Shown piece by piece: positions 22,490-30,904 of a stretch of 35,210 nucleotides of DNA. The stretch comes from a virus: the IMG/VR virus record IMGVR_UViG_3300032285_002026, positions 1-35,210 of that record; one strand, 5' to 3'. Within the stretch, counting starts at the first letter, position 1. Each line of letters starts with the position of its first letter. Made by a program: the position numbers and the translations under genes. The notes under the pieces are model-generated. The model saw nothing but the letters and a program-made list of their open reading frames with translations. It was not told the DNA's origin and searched no databases.

Positions 22490-22842
22490 TTCGCTACCTG
22501 TTGCTTGCGTAATTCTTGACGTTGTACTTCTTCCCTTTCTGCCTTAACTCTTTCCCGCATGGCCTCAAATTCAGACCAGATAGCCCCGAGCTGTGGGGGT
22601 GCCGAGTACACGAGGGTTTCGCGTAACTCGGTTTCCAACCTGTTCATTTCTTTGATAGCCATCACCCGGTTAAATGCCTCTTGATTTAGAGACAACTCCG
22701 GGTCACGTACCTTCTTACTCTTTAGTTCTTCCTCATGAACGTGCTTTTCAAGCTGCTCATGCGCTTTAAAAAAGTGCCCCAAATGACCGCTAATGTCAGC
22801 AACGACGTCCTTGGCTTGACCGTAAGCGTCCACCAACTCCAT
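22324..22842 (-). CDS. Coiled-coil protein with a C-terminal TM; overlaps 22196..22489 out of frame by 166 nt
   Basis: 172-aa ORF. Only this frame is open over 22490..22842. Its C-terminal part LTSILAVAFIILWFLCVMILI lies within the overlap. Confidence 0.5.
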   Translation of the reverse strand: MELVDAYGQAKDVVADISGHLGHFFKAHEQLEKHVHEEELKSKKVRDPELSLNQEAFNRVMAIKEMNRLETELRETLVYSAPPQLGAIWSEFEAMRERVKAEREEVQRQELRKQQVAKWRRANIRRKIGEQLTSILAVAFIILWFLCVMILIRMSQTYRYHFSSPWWSCVLC

Positions 22843-22935
22843 ACCTTGTGATTTGTACTCTTGATAAAGCTCACAGCCTTTGCGTATAGCAGCGGCAGCA
22901 GTCTTAGCGGCGGCAAGGATGGTAAGCGGGTCAAT

Positions 22936-23277
22936 TTACAGCCCCTCACCCGGAGTTACGTAAATAGTTCCTGTGCCAGTAGCAATAATGGCTGACACAT
23001 ACAACACCGCTGTATTTGCTGCTTGTTTAGGCGCAGTTAAAATAACTGTTTGATTGTTGTGCAATAGCACGCCATAAGCAGGAGTTCCAGCCGTAGGAAT
23101 AACAGCGTCATCCGTACTAGCCGTGCCTAAACGAATAAATATTTCAGCCGCAGTTCCGTTATGAACCCTCACCTGATTAGAGGGACTGTCAGACAAAATA
23201 GCAACTGTGTTTGCCGTCGTTGTGACATTTATCCGAGTAGTTTTACCCATCGGTTGAAAAGCAATGTTATTAGCCAT
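22936..23277 (-). CDS. Small beta-rich virion-module protein, paralog of 31958..32287
   Basis: 113 aa. It ends in GTGTIYVTPGEGL; the paralog ends in GTATIYITPGDGL. Both share the N-Q-x-R-V-x-N motif. Confidence 0.65.
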   Translation of the reverse strand: MANNIAFQPMGKTTRINVTTTANTVAILSDSPSNQVRVHNGTAAEIFIRLGTASTDDAVIPTAGTPAYGVLLHNNQTVILTAPKQAANTAVLYVSAIIATGTGTIYVTPGEGL

Positions 23278-23484
23278 TTAGCACACCTTTTTGCCGCCAC
23301 CTGTGGTTGGGCTGCGTTTAGTTTGCTCACCATTGCCGAAATCCCAAACAGAGATATACCCTGCTGGCATCCGGTCTGTATTGTTCTGACCGTCTCTGCT
23401 ACCGTCTCTTGGCAACTGTGGACGGGTTGATTTAGCAACCTGTTGGTTTAAGTCGCTATGACGCTTGTGTAGTTTGTCTTTCAT
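23278..23484 (-). CDS. Hypothetical 68-aa protein
   Basis: GAGGAAAGGAAG lies upstream. Its stop abuts the next ATG. Confidence 0.5.
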   Translation of the reverse strand: MKDKLHKRHSDLNQQVAKSTRPQLPRDGSRDGQNNTDRMPAGYISVWDFGNGEQTKRSPTTGGGKKVC

Positions 23485-23677
23485 CGTTCTTCCTTTCCTC
23501 GACCTTTACTAAAAGGTAACTGAAAATTACAAATATCGCTAGGGTTGTCACCCTTTCCCATTTCGGGTCCCACATTGTCCAGCAACCTAGGCCAAACGAT
23601 GTCAGTAGTGCCAAAATCGTGATGAGCCGGTCTGAGATGACGCGCAAAGCAATAGTGATTAAAGTAACTCCGTCCAT
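23456..23677 (-). CDS. Two-TM small membrane protein
   Basis: 73 aa. Hydrophobic segments LITIALRVISDRLITILALLTSFGLGCW and LAIFVIFSYLLV. I preferred it over the alternative frame 23481..23705. Confidence 0.5.
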   Translation of the reverse strand: MDGVTLITIALRVISDRLITILALLTSFGLGCWTMWDPKWERVTTLAIFVIFSYLLVKVEERKNDERQTTQAS

Positions 23678-23708
23678 GAATATCCCCTAAATGAAAGAGA
23701 TTCATAGT

Positions 23709-23918
23709 CTAATCCTTATCATCCTCATCGTCCATACCAAAGCCAGAACCCCACTCATCGTCCGACAGCTTCAACTTAATAGCCTCCAGCTTTAACGCCC
23801 TATCCAGTACCTTTGTCTTGTCTGTAATGGACGCCATTGGGTCATTCATTACAGCCACCAACATTTGAGCAATAGCGTTCTCAAGTTCTGGATTTATCCC
23901 CTTTTGTTTCTTAGCCAT
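23709..23918 (-). CDS. Small acidic protein
   Basis: 69 aa with a DDEDDKD tail. It is coupled to the upstream gene. Confidence 0.6.
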   Translation of the reverse strand: MAKKQKGINPELENAIAQMLVAVMNDPMASITDKTKVLDRALKLEAIKLKLSDDEWGSGFGMDDEDDKD

Positions 23919-25858
23919 TATTGTCCTTCAGCCTGTCCTTCTCCGGCAAAAATACCGCCAGCAACTTTAGAAGGCTTAATAACCTTCATTACTTCTTGTT
24001 TGTTTTTCTCTGGAATTAACGATAACAATTGGTCAAAGCTCTTAGCTGATTTTCCTGCTTCAGTTAAAACTTTTAATGTATCTTTGCTAACCTTGCCTTC
24101 TAATCTTGCTATGACATCATTTGTCAAAGTAGTGCCTTTTGACAACCAATGAGGCAATCGTAAGAAATCAAGATTTGCTCCCAAAACATCGGCAAGTCTT
24201 TCCGTTCCTGCTTTAGCTTGTTCTTTAGCTATATCTTCCCTGCTTAATTCGCCAGCAACTTTACCTATTCTTTGTTGAGCATTAAGACTCATCTCTTTAA
24301 AAATATTGTAACTTCCGGGTCCGAATATTTTTTCTACTTCTGACGGAGCGTTGCCTTCAACAAATCGAACAAACTCTTTTGGACTTGTTTGATATAAACG
24401 CAAGAGTTCTCCACCCATTTTCTTTTGAGCAATCTCTTGAGAACCTAAAGCGTAATCTCTTAAATACGTTCTATATCCTGTACCACCAGCCTCTACTATT
24501 GAATCAACTAATATTGGTTTAACGCTTTCAATGACTTTTGATGCCAACATTTTTTGACTGTTTTCGCTTGCAGCAGGATATAACTCCCTAATAGCAGACA
24601 TTACAGAATTTTTGCGAATAGCATCTTCAGCAGCAGCCCCAATAATTCCATTGTTATCAGTCCATTTTTTTAAATCTCTAATAACTCGATTTAAAGAAAG
24701 TTCAATAGCCTCGTTTCCAGCTAAAGATGGGTCACGCAATTTAGCTTGAATTCTTTCTATAACTGGACCTGATTCTAATGGTCTTAAATTATGTTCTTTA
24801 AGACTCTGTTCTTCATATTTAGCCAAACGAGCAGCATCACCAAATCTTAAAGAACCTTCAGCAGCTTGCGCTGAAACGTCTTCGGCGCGTTTAGCTAACT
24901 CGCCCATGTAGGTATAGCGGGGAGGCGTAGGACGGCCTAGAGCATCAGCTTTAGCGCGGTCTATAGCGCGTTCACCAGCAGCGGTAAACCGGCGCACATC
25001 TTCAACTTTTTCTTTTGCAGCACCTTCCATTCGTGCTGCTTCTTTTTGGTATTTTGGAACTTTTCTGCCAGCAATATCTGCTGCTTCTAATTCTGTTTTT
25101 AAAACAGGAATCAACTTCTTATTAAGTTCCTCTTTTAACTTTTCACGCGCTTCTTTAGCTGCTGTTTGATTTGAACCTCCAGCAATTTGCTCTAACTGCT
25201 TAATCCTAGCGGCATCTTGTTTACCAAACAAATCAATATAAAACTCTGGATTTCTGGCCTCTGCTCTTTTTAACAGTGCTTGAGCAGTAGGAGCAGTAAG
25301 TACAGCACGACCAGTTTCAGGGTCTATAAGTGACAAAGCCTGAGATGCAGTAATGTCATCCGCAGCATTTTTTAATATTTGCCTAGCTCTAGGAAGGTTT
25401 TCTCCTAATGCTTCACCAGCAATCTTTGCGGCTCTTTTCTCTGGAGTTCTAGTAAATAGTTCTGCGGCCCCTGAACCAAATTTTCCAAATGCCTGTAAAA
25501 CAGATGGCAACGCTTGACCGCCGGCTTCATAAGCTGCGCCAGTTAAAACATTTTGAATTGGTTCAGAAACCAATTGCTCCTTAGTTCTTGGTGGTACATA
25601 GCCAAGTTTTTCCTTCGCTAATTGCAAAGCCTCTTTTGACATACCATAACCAAGACCTGCGCCAGCTACAGTTCCGACAGGACCTAAAAAAGAACCAGCA
25701 GCACCACCCCCAACAGTAGCAAGAGCTTCAGCGGTAGGCTCAATAAATTCAATTGCCTTTTCACCAAAAGATTTTTGTTTTGGAGGAACGGGCAAATCAG
25801 AAAAATCTGCTTTTGCAGAAGTTTTAGGAGGAACTGGTAGGTCGCTAATGTCAGCCAT
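23918..25858 (-). CDS. Large alpha-helical internal-virion / ejection-type protein
   Basis: 646 aa. The N-terminus carries a duplicated DLPVPPK motif. The composition is A/E/K/L-rich. Function is assigned by position in the podovirus-like gene order. Confidence 0.6.
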   Translation of the reverse strand: MADISDLPVPPKTSAKADFSDLPVPPKQKSFGEKAIEFIEPTAEALATVGGGAAGSFLGPVGTVAGAGLGYGMSKEALQLAKEKLGYVPPRTKEQLVSEPIQNVLTGAAYEAGGQALPSVLQAFGKFGSGAAELFTRTPEKRAAKIAGEALGENLPRARQILKNAADDITASQALSLIDPETGRAVLTAPTAQALLKRAEARNPEFYIDLFGKQDAARIKQLEQIAGGSNQTAAKEAREKLKEELNKKLIPVLKTELEAADIAGRKVPKYQKEAARMEGAAKEKVEDVRRFTAAGERAIDRAKADALGRPTPPRYTYMGELAKRAEDVSAQAAEGSLRFGDAARLAKYEEQSLKEHNLRPLESGPVIERIQAKLRDPSLAGNEAIELSLNRVIRDLKKWTDNNGIIGAAAEDAIRKNSVMSAIRELYPAASENSQKMLASKVIESVKPILVDSIVEAGGTGYRTYLRDYALGSQEIAQKKMGGELLRLYQTSPKEFVRFVEGNAPSEVEKIFGPGSYNIFKEMSLNAQQRIGKVAGELSREDIAKEQAKAGTERLADVLGANLDFLRLPHWLSKGTTLTNDVIARLEGKVSKDTLKVLTEAGKSAKSFDQLLSLIPEKNKQEVMKVIKPSKVAGGIFAGEGQAEGQ

Positions 25859-27411
25859 TATTTATATCCTTGCGTAGATAAATAATCTTTAGCAGCTTTT
25901 TCGTTACCCTCGAAATGTTCTTTAGCATAAGATTTTAATTTCTCACCAGACGGCATAACTTTTTGTTGAGGCGCAGGAGAAACAGCCGGTGCTGAAACAT
26001 TACTTATTTTAAAAATTCTTTGAGTCTCAGGAGTTAAAAATTTATTAAAATCCTCTTTGTTGGTGCTTGCTCTGTAATTAAATTCAGCAGCTTCCATACG
26101 CGCTCTAATAAGTCCTTTAGCAACATCAATAGAACCAAGCAACTGTTGAGGCGAATTAGATGAGCTAAAGTTGTTTTCAGCTTGCTGACGGTCTGTAACG
26201 CCGCCACCAGTATTAGTAATAGCACGAACAACTTCACCCGCAACAATTTGTCTTGCGGTATTAAAGTCAGTTACATTTTGTGCGCCAAAAGCAGATTTCA
26301 AAGCATTTAAGCCAGCGTTCTCAAGACGAGTGTCTTTGTTATTTAAACCTTTTGCGTAATTTTCCAAATCTCTTAAATGGGTTGCAACAGTATTAAATGT
26401 TTGAACTTGTTTTGAACCATATCCGCTAGTCCAGTTCTTTTCCGCTGCACCAATGCTTCTATATTCGTTTTCGTCGTATTGCGGGTTCTTTTTAAGAACG
26501 GAAGACATAATTGCAACACGATTTTTGTCTCTTATACCCGGAGGAGCAAGGCTGTAATTAGCAATTCCATTTATGTATTCTTCCATTGTTTCTGGATTGC
26601 CTGTAACTGCATAATTAGAAGCAATTTTTTGTCTTTGAACATCAAGCATTGATTTTTTCAATGCTCTATCGTCAGCAGCTTTTTGCAAATCATTTTGCAA
26701 TCCAGCCATTTTTGAAACTGTTTCTTTTGTCTGATTAAGAACATTGATAGTCTTTTCAATGCCAAGACGAGCAGTCATTTCTTTAATCAGGGGAGATTCA
26801 GAACGAGCAACAGCAATAGCTATAGCTTCTTCTCCGGCTTTTTGGTCATAAATACGCAGCTTTCTAGCTTCTTCTAATTCTTTAGTAGCAGACTCAACCT
26901 TGGCTTGCAAAATCTTAAATTGCTTATCAAACTCTGCTGCTTCTCTTGTAAACAAATCCTTACGGCCTTTGATGTGACCTTCCATCATGCCGTTCATTGC
27001 GTACATACCTTGAACAGCGTTCTTTTTACCAATGACCATGCCAACCACGCCCATTAAAGAGAATAGGCCAGCAATGTCTTTGACGTTATCTTTGGTAGGC
27101 TCAAACTTGGCTGCAGCAAGGTCTTCTCTAGCTGCTTTTGCGGCAGCACGTTCAGGCATTGCTAATTCAGCTGCTTTTTCTTTTTCATAAAAAGCCTTCT
27201 TTAGTTCGCCTGTTGTTGCTGCTTCTTCTCTTTTGGCTTTCTCTATACGAACATCAGATTCGCCAAGCTGTTTTTGAGCTTCTGCTGCTTTAACATCAAT
27301 CTCTTGTAAAGCGGGAGAAATTTCTTTAGGGCCAATATATCCTTTAGGAGCCTTTTGAAAAGACCCCATCAATTTACTTGCTTCAGGCAAGTCTTGAAGT
27401 TCGTTAGCCAT
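25858..27411 (-). CDS. Large alpha-helical internal-virion-type protein
   Basis: 517 aa with one central hydrophobic segment (IAGLFSLMGVVGMVIG). It is coupled to its neighbours. Confidence 0.6.
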   Translation of the reverse strand: MANELQDLPEASKLMGSFQKAPKGYIGPKEISPALQEIDVKAAEAQKQLGESDVRIEKAKREEAATTGELKKAFYEKEKAAELAMPERAAAKAAREDLAAAKFEPTKDNVKDIAGLFSLMGVVGMVIGKKNAVQGMYAMNGMMEGHIKGRKDLFTREAAEFDKQFKILQAKVESATKELEEARKLRIYDQKAGEEAIAIAVARSESPLIKEMTARLGIEKTINVLNQTKETVSKMAGLQNDLQKAADDRALKKSMLDVQRQKIASNYAVTGNPETMEEYINGIANYSLAPPGIRDKNRVAIMSSVLKKNPQYDENEYRSIGAAEKNWTSGYGSKQVQTFNTVATHLRDLENYAKGLNNKDTRLENAGLNALKSAFGAQNVTDFNTARQIVAGEVVRAITNTGGGVTDRQQAENNFSSSNSPQQLLGSIDVAKGLIRARMEAAEFNYRASTNKEDFNKFLTPETQRIFKISNVSAPAVSPAPQQKVMPSGEKLKSYAKEHFEGNEKAAKDYLSTQGYK

Positions 27412-28469
27412 TATTGTGTCGCTCCCTGAGTTGCTTGTGTCTTAATCTGCTGCGGAGATAATCCAGACGCTATAGCAAACATATTGGAGTACATTGCGTT
27501 AGTAAGTTGATTAACTGCTTGGTCAGCTTGCAAGCCTGTACGAATAGCACCAATAGCAATGTTGTCACCAATGCTAGACAGCTTGATGCCATAATCAAGT
27601 TTTTGTTGCAGCAATGCTTGACGAGTATTCTCTAATTGAGCTTGAGCTTGAGCAACTCCAACGCCGCCTCTAGCCTCAACACCCTGCATTAATTGCGCTC
27701 TTGTTGATTGCAAGGCTTGTGCTTCTTGTGGGCTTAATTCGCCAGCTAAAGCGGCGCGTTGAAATTCAGCACCTTGTTTTTGATATGGTGTAGCGAGAGC
27801 TTTTTGTTCAGCGGTAGATTTCTGTACTTGCTTTGATGCTTGTCTTGCTTGCAAAGCATTTAATAAAGCTCCTACTCCGCTTACTCCTATTTTTGCTAAT
27901 TCAGGATTTTCTTTAATAAATTTATTAACGTCTTGTCCACCCTCTTTTATAGATTTTAAAATATTTCCTGCTCTGTCAGACAAACTTGGAGGAGGAGGAG
28001 GTGGTTGTTCAGCCTGTCCAAAAGTTGTTGGAATTGGTGCGCCAAGTCCCTTAACACCACCAGCGGGTATTTCAACCGGAGCAGAAGGAGGCTGCTGGAA
28101 AGGAAAATCAGCCATGCCAGTAGCGTACTGAGAATAATCAGGCGTTGCACCACCACCGGCAGAAACTGCTGGTTGAGATGCACCTGTCCAATCTCCAGTT
28201 GTAGGCGTGTAGCTTGCGGCAGGTTGAGTCACGTCACCAGAAAACACATCTGAGCCACCAGACCAATCGTAGAACTCTAGCAAACCAGTGTCAGGATTTG
28301 TTGTTCCTGCACCACCGGCATCTTTAAGAATCTCTACCTCTTTAGGCGTTATGTGAGCAAGGATGGTATCCCCGCCACGACCCTTGCCGGCAAGCATTGC
28401 AGCGATTGACTTTAAATCGCTGGTTTCTTGAATATCGGCCCGTAATAGCCGTGCTAGTTTTTTAGTCAT
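27411..28469 (-). CDS. Internal-virion-type protein with a Pro-rich linker and a Q/A-rich C-terminus
   Basis: I chose ATG 28469 (MTKKLARLL), which has AGGAG upstream and an ATGA overlap with the upstream stop. It contains GDTILAHITPKEVEILKDAGGAGTTNPDTGLLEF. Confidence 0.6.
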   Translation of the reverse strand: MTKKLARLLRADIQETSDLKSIAAMLAGKGRGGDTILAHITPKEVEILKDAGGAGTTNPDTGLLEFYDWSGGSDVFSGDVTQPAASYTPTTGDWTGASQPAVSAGGGATPDYSQYATGMADFPFQQPPSAPVEIPAGGVKGLGAPIPTTFGQAEQPPPPPPSLSDRAGNILKSIKEGGQDVNKFIKENPELAKIGVSGVGALLNALQARQASKQVQKSTAEQKALATPYQKQGAEFQRAALAGELSPQEAQALQSTRAQLMQGVEARGGVGVAQAQAQLENTRQALLQQKLDYGIKLSSIGDNIAIGAIRTGLQADQAVNQLTNAMYSNMFAIASGLSPQQIKTQATQGATQ

Positions 28470-29839
28470 TTTTCTGCTCCTACGTCGCCCATGTAACGTA
28501 ATGATTGAAGATTCCAACCTGCCTTACGACCTTCTTCGTCTCTACCAAATATCGGTGCGCCAATATCACCGACACGTAATGCTTGTGCTAATGCTTGGCT
28601 TCCGGGTCCGGCTTGCTGCGTAACTGTTTTTGGTGCGCTGCTATATAACGGCGTATCAACTTGCTTGTTTATCAAAGACGTCAAAATCATATCTCTACGT
28701 TGCTGTTCTGGAGACTTTTCTGCAGGAGTTGTATCGGCAGAAAGAAGTGACAAATCCTGTCCTGCTGTATCAGTCGTTGTTCCTGTTGGCAAAGATTCTT
28801 GTTTGGTGCTGTATTGCATAGGAAGTGAACCACCAACATCCCTTGTAGTCCTTCCTTGAAACCCGCCGGGAGATGAAACAACGCCTAAACTTGCTCCAAC
28901 AGGAGTTGCTGTTTCATCTGTATATGTTTTTGCAAGACTTTTTTCTCCAGCTTCTGTTCCGGTAAATTGACCAGCTTGAGCAGTGGGAAATGCGGCAGTT
29001 TGTCCATACGTTTGAGAAACTCCAACTTGTTCTGCGCTAAGTCCAGCCGTCTGCTGCTTTATTTTTTCAGCAGCTTCTGTTTTTGCTTGTTCACTAGCAA
29101 ATCCTTGTACAGATTTAGCCAATGCAGCTTGGTCAGAATATCCTGCTGCTTTATATTGAGCATATTCAGCGGCTGCTCTAGCAATAGCTTTGTTATCTGT
29201 GGCATACAAAACTTCTTGTGCAACAGCACCACCGCCAGCACCAGCTATCGCGTTTTTAACAACATCTTGACCATTTATAGAAGCAGCAACAGCTTGCCTT
29301 TCAGCATTAATCATTGCGCTTTTAACTGTGTTTTGAATAACATCAGGAGCCAATTCAGCTATGTTTTTATTTATGTTACCTAATACTTCTGTAATTACTT
29401 TTGATTGTTCAACACCGGGAATTCCTTCGGTTAAGCTGCTAGCAGCAACAGAAGCAACAACATTTTTAACAACATCAGCCGGTTTTGCTCCGGTAGCTAA
29501 TTGAATAGATGCAGATGCTGTTAGCTTTTCAACTGCGCTTAATCCGGGATTAGTTGCCACATACGACGTTAAAGCATTAGTAGCTATTTGCTTTATATCT
29601 CCACCATTAGCGGCTGTTACCGCCGCAGAAGACATAGCAGAAGCTAACGGAACCCCAACAACAGGACTAAGTATTATTGTTGCACCAATAGTAAAAACCG
29701 CAGATACAATCGGATTTGGTTCTGGTTTTGGGGGAGGAGGAATAGTTTTAACAATAGCAGCCGTCTGTGCATCCATACCACCTGTATTGGCAGACTTTTG
29801 CAAAGCGTCATAAATTAGTTTTACTCCAGCGTAACCCAT
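28466..29839 (-). CDS. Ala/Thr/Gln-rich internal-virion-type protein
   Basis: 457-aa ORF with a hydrophobic segment near the N-terminus. Confidence 0.6.
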   Translation of the reverse strand: MGYAGVKLIYDALQKSANTGGMDAQTAAIVKTIPPPPKPEPNPIVSAVFTIGATIILSPVVGVPLASAMSSAAVTAANGGDIKQIATNALTSYVATNPGLSAVEKLTASASIQLATGAKPADVVKNVVASVAASSLTEGIPGVEQSKVITEVLGNINKNIAELAPDVIQNTVKSAMINAERQAVAASINGQDVVKNAIAGAGGGAVAQEVLYATDNKAIARAAAEYAQYKAAGYSDQAALAKSVQGFASEQAKTEAAEKIKQQTAGLSAEQVGVSQTYGQTAAFPTAQAGQFTGTEAGEKSLAKTYTDETATPVGASLGVVSSPGGFQGRTTRDVGGSLPMQYSTKQESLPTGTTTDTAGQDLSLLSADTTPAEKSPEQQRRDMILTSLINKQVDTPLYSSAPKTVTQQAGPGSQALAQALRVGDIGAPIFGRDEEGRKAGWNLQSLRYMGDVGAEK

Positions 29840-29840
29840 C

Positions 29841-30329
29841 TTAGAACTCCATTACCGCTGACATTAACGGCGTTTGTCCGTCAGGTGAAACCTGATTTGT
29901 TGATTGAAGCGACACAGGTATTCCAGCCATTTTTACAGCTTTTAAAATCTGAGGATTTTGAACATCAAACTGACCTGTTTTAAATCCAGATTTTTTCATT
30001 GCTAAACCAAATTGCTGGATGCTATCAACCAAATTTCTCGGCGTATCCGCAGTTTCTAAATAAACTTTTACGTTTCCGTTCTTGTGGTTAAAATAAATAA
30101 ACAAAGAATTGTTTGCTCTAATAACTCTGACATTAGGGCTAGAGCTAACCATGTGAGCCAACTCATTATTGAACTGAACTGCGTCTCCACCCCTAGCTCC
30201 AACAGACTTTTCTAAAATCTCAACTACGTCCATGTTCTCCGCTGGCGCACGTTGCTTCTTAACCTGTTCCATAACAGGTTGGTTTTCTTGCAACTGGGAA
30301 ACTGAATTTTTCTGGGGGGTGGGGAGCAT
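29841..30329 (-). CDS. Hypothetical virion-module protein
   Basis: 162-aa ORF, tightly packed. Confidence 0.6.
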   Translation of the reverse strand: MLPTPQKNSVSQLQENQPVMEQVKKQRAPAENMDVVEILEKSVGARGGDAVQFNNELAHMVSSSPNVRVIRANNSLFIYFNHKNGNVKVYLETADTPRNLVDSIQQFGLAMKKSGFKTGQFDVQNPQILKAVKMAGIPVSLQSTNQVSPDGQTPLMSAVMEF

Positions 30330-30332
30330 TTT

Positions 30333-30683
30333 TTAACCCTTCTCGGAAATTCCTAGGGCCGCAACAATTTGTTCATGGATATACAAATGTGTGGCTATCC
30401 AATCGTAAAAATCTGACTCATTATTAAAGTCTACATCCAACATATTGAACGGATTATTCAAATCTAAGAAGCCAGCAAACGCCTGATGTTCGACCTGATG
30501 GGCCAATAACCAGTCATCTATATTGTCTGTTTCAGCGTCTATTAATGGGTAAATAGGCACTGAAATGCCAGCATCCATGAATGTTTCTTGAAATAACTTG
30601 TGTTGCAGCCCGTTTTCAAACAAAAACTGCCCCAATGACTCATTGTCACCAAACTCAACGGTAGATAATGAATCCATATTCAT
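30333..30683 (-). CDS. Acidic hypothetical protein
   Basis: 116-aa ORF with a stop/start overlap to the upstream gene. Confidence 0.6.
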   Translation of the reverse strand: MNMDSLSTVEFGDNESLGQFLFENGLQHKLFQETFMDAGISVPIYPLIDAETDNIDDWLLAHQVEHQAFAGFLDLNNPFNMLDVDFNNESDFYDWIATHLYIHEQIVAALGISEKG

Positions 30684-30904
30684 TATTTGTCTGCCTTATT
30701 CTCTAAGCGGTCAAATATCTTGCCTAACATTCCTTTAATGTCAGCAATGTCTGTCTTGTAATCATCTTTGCTTAAATATATGTGAGGTATGTCACGAATA
30801 TCGTCATCAATACGATTAAGCATCCGTGTAATGTTGTTAAGCGTCCAGCCACCAAAGAAAGCTGCAACGCCAACCACTAAATTAAACAAAGACTGTCCGT
30901 CCAT
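30683..30904 (-). CDS. Small N-terminal-TM protein
   Basis: 73 aa. LFNLVVGVAAFFGGWTL is followed by a charged helix. Confidence 0.55.
   Translation of the reverse strand: MDGQSLFNLVVGVAAFFGGWTLNNITRMLNRIDDDIRDIPHIYLSKDDYKTDIADIKGMLGKIFDRLENKADK

Noticed and set aside
23481-23705. 74-aa ORF in an alternative frame to 23456..23677
   Set aside because: The competing frame encodes a clean two-TM protein with an SD. This frame gives a His/Arg/Phe-rich sequence with no SD.
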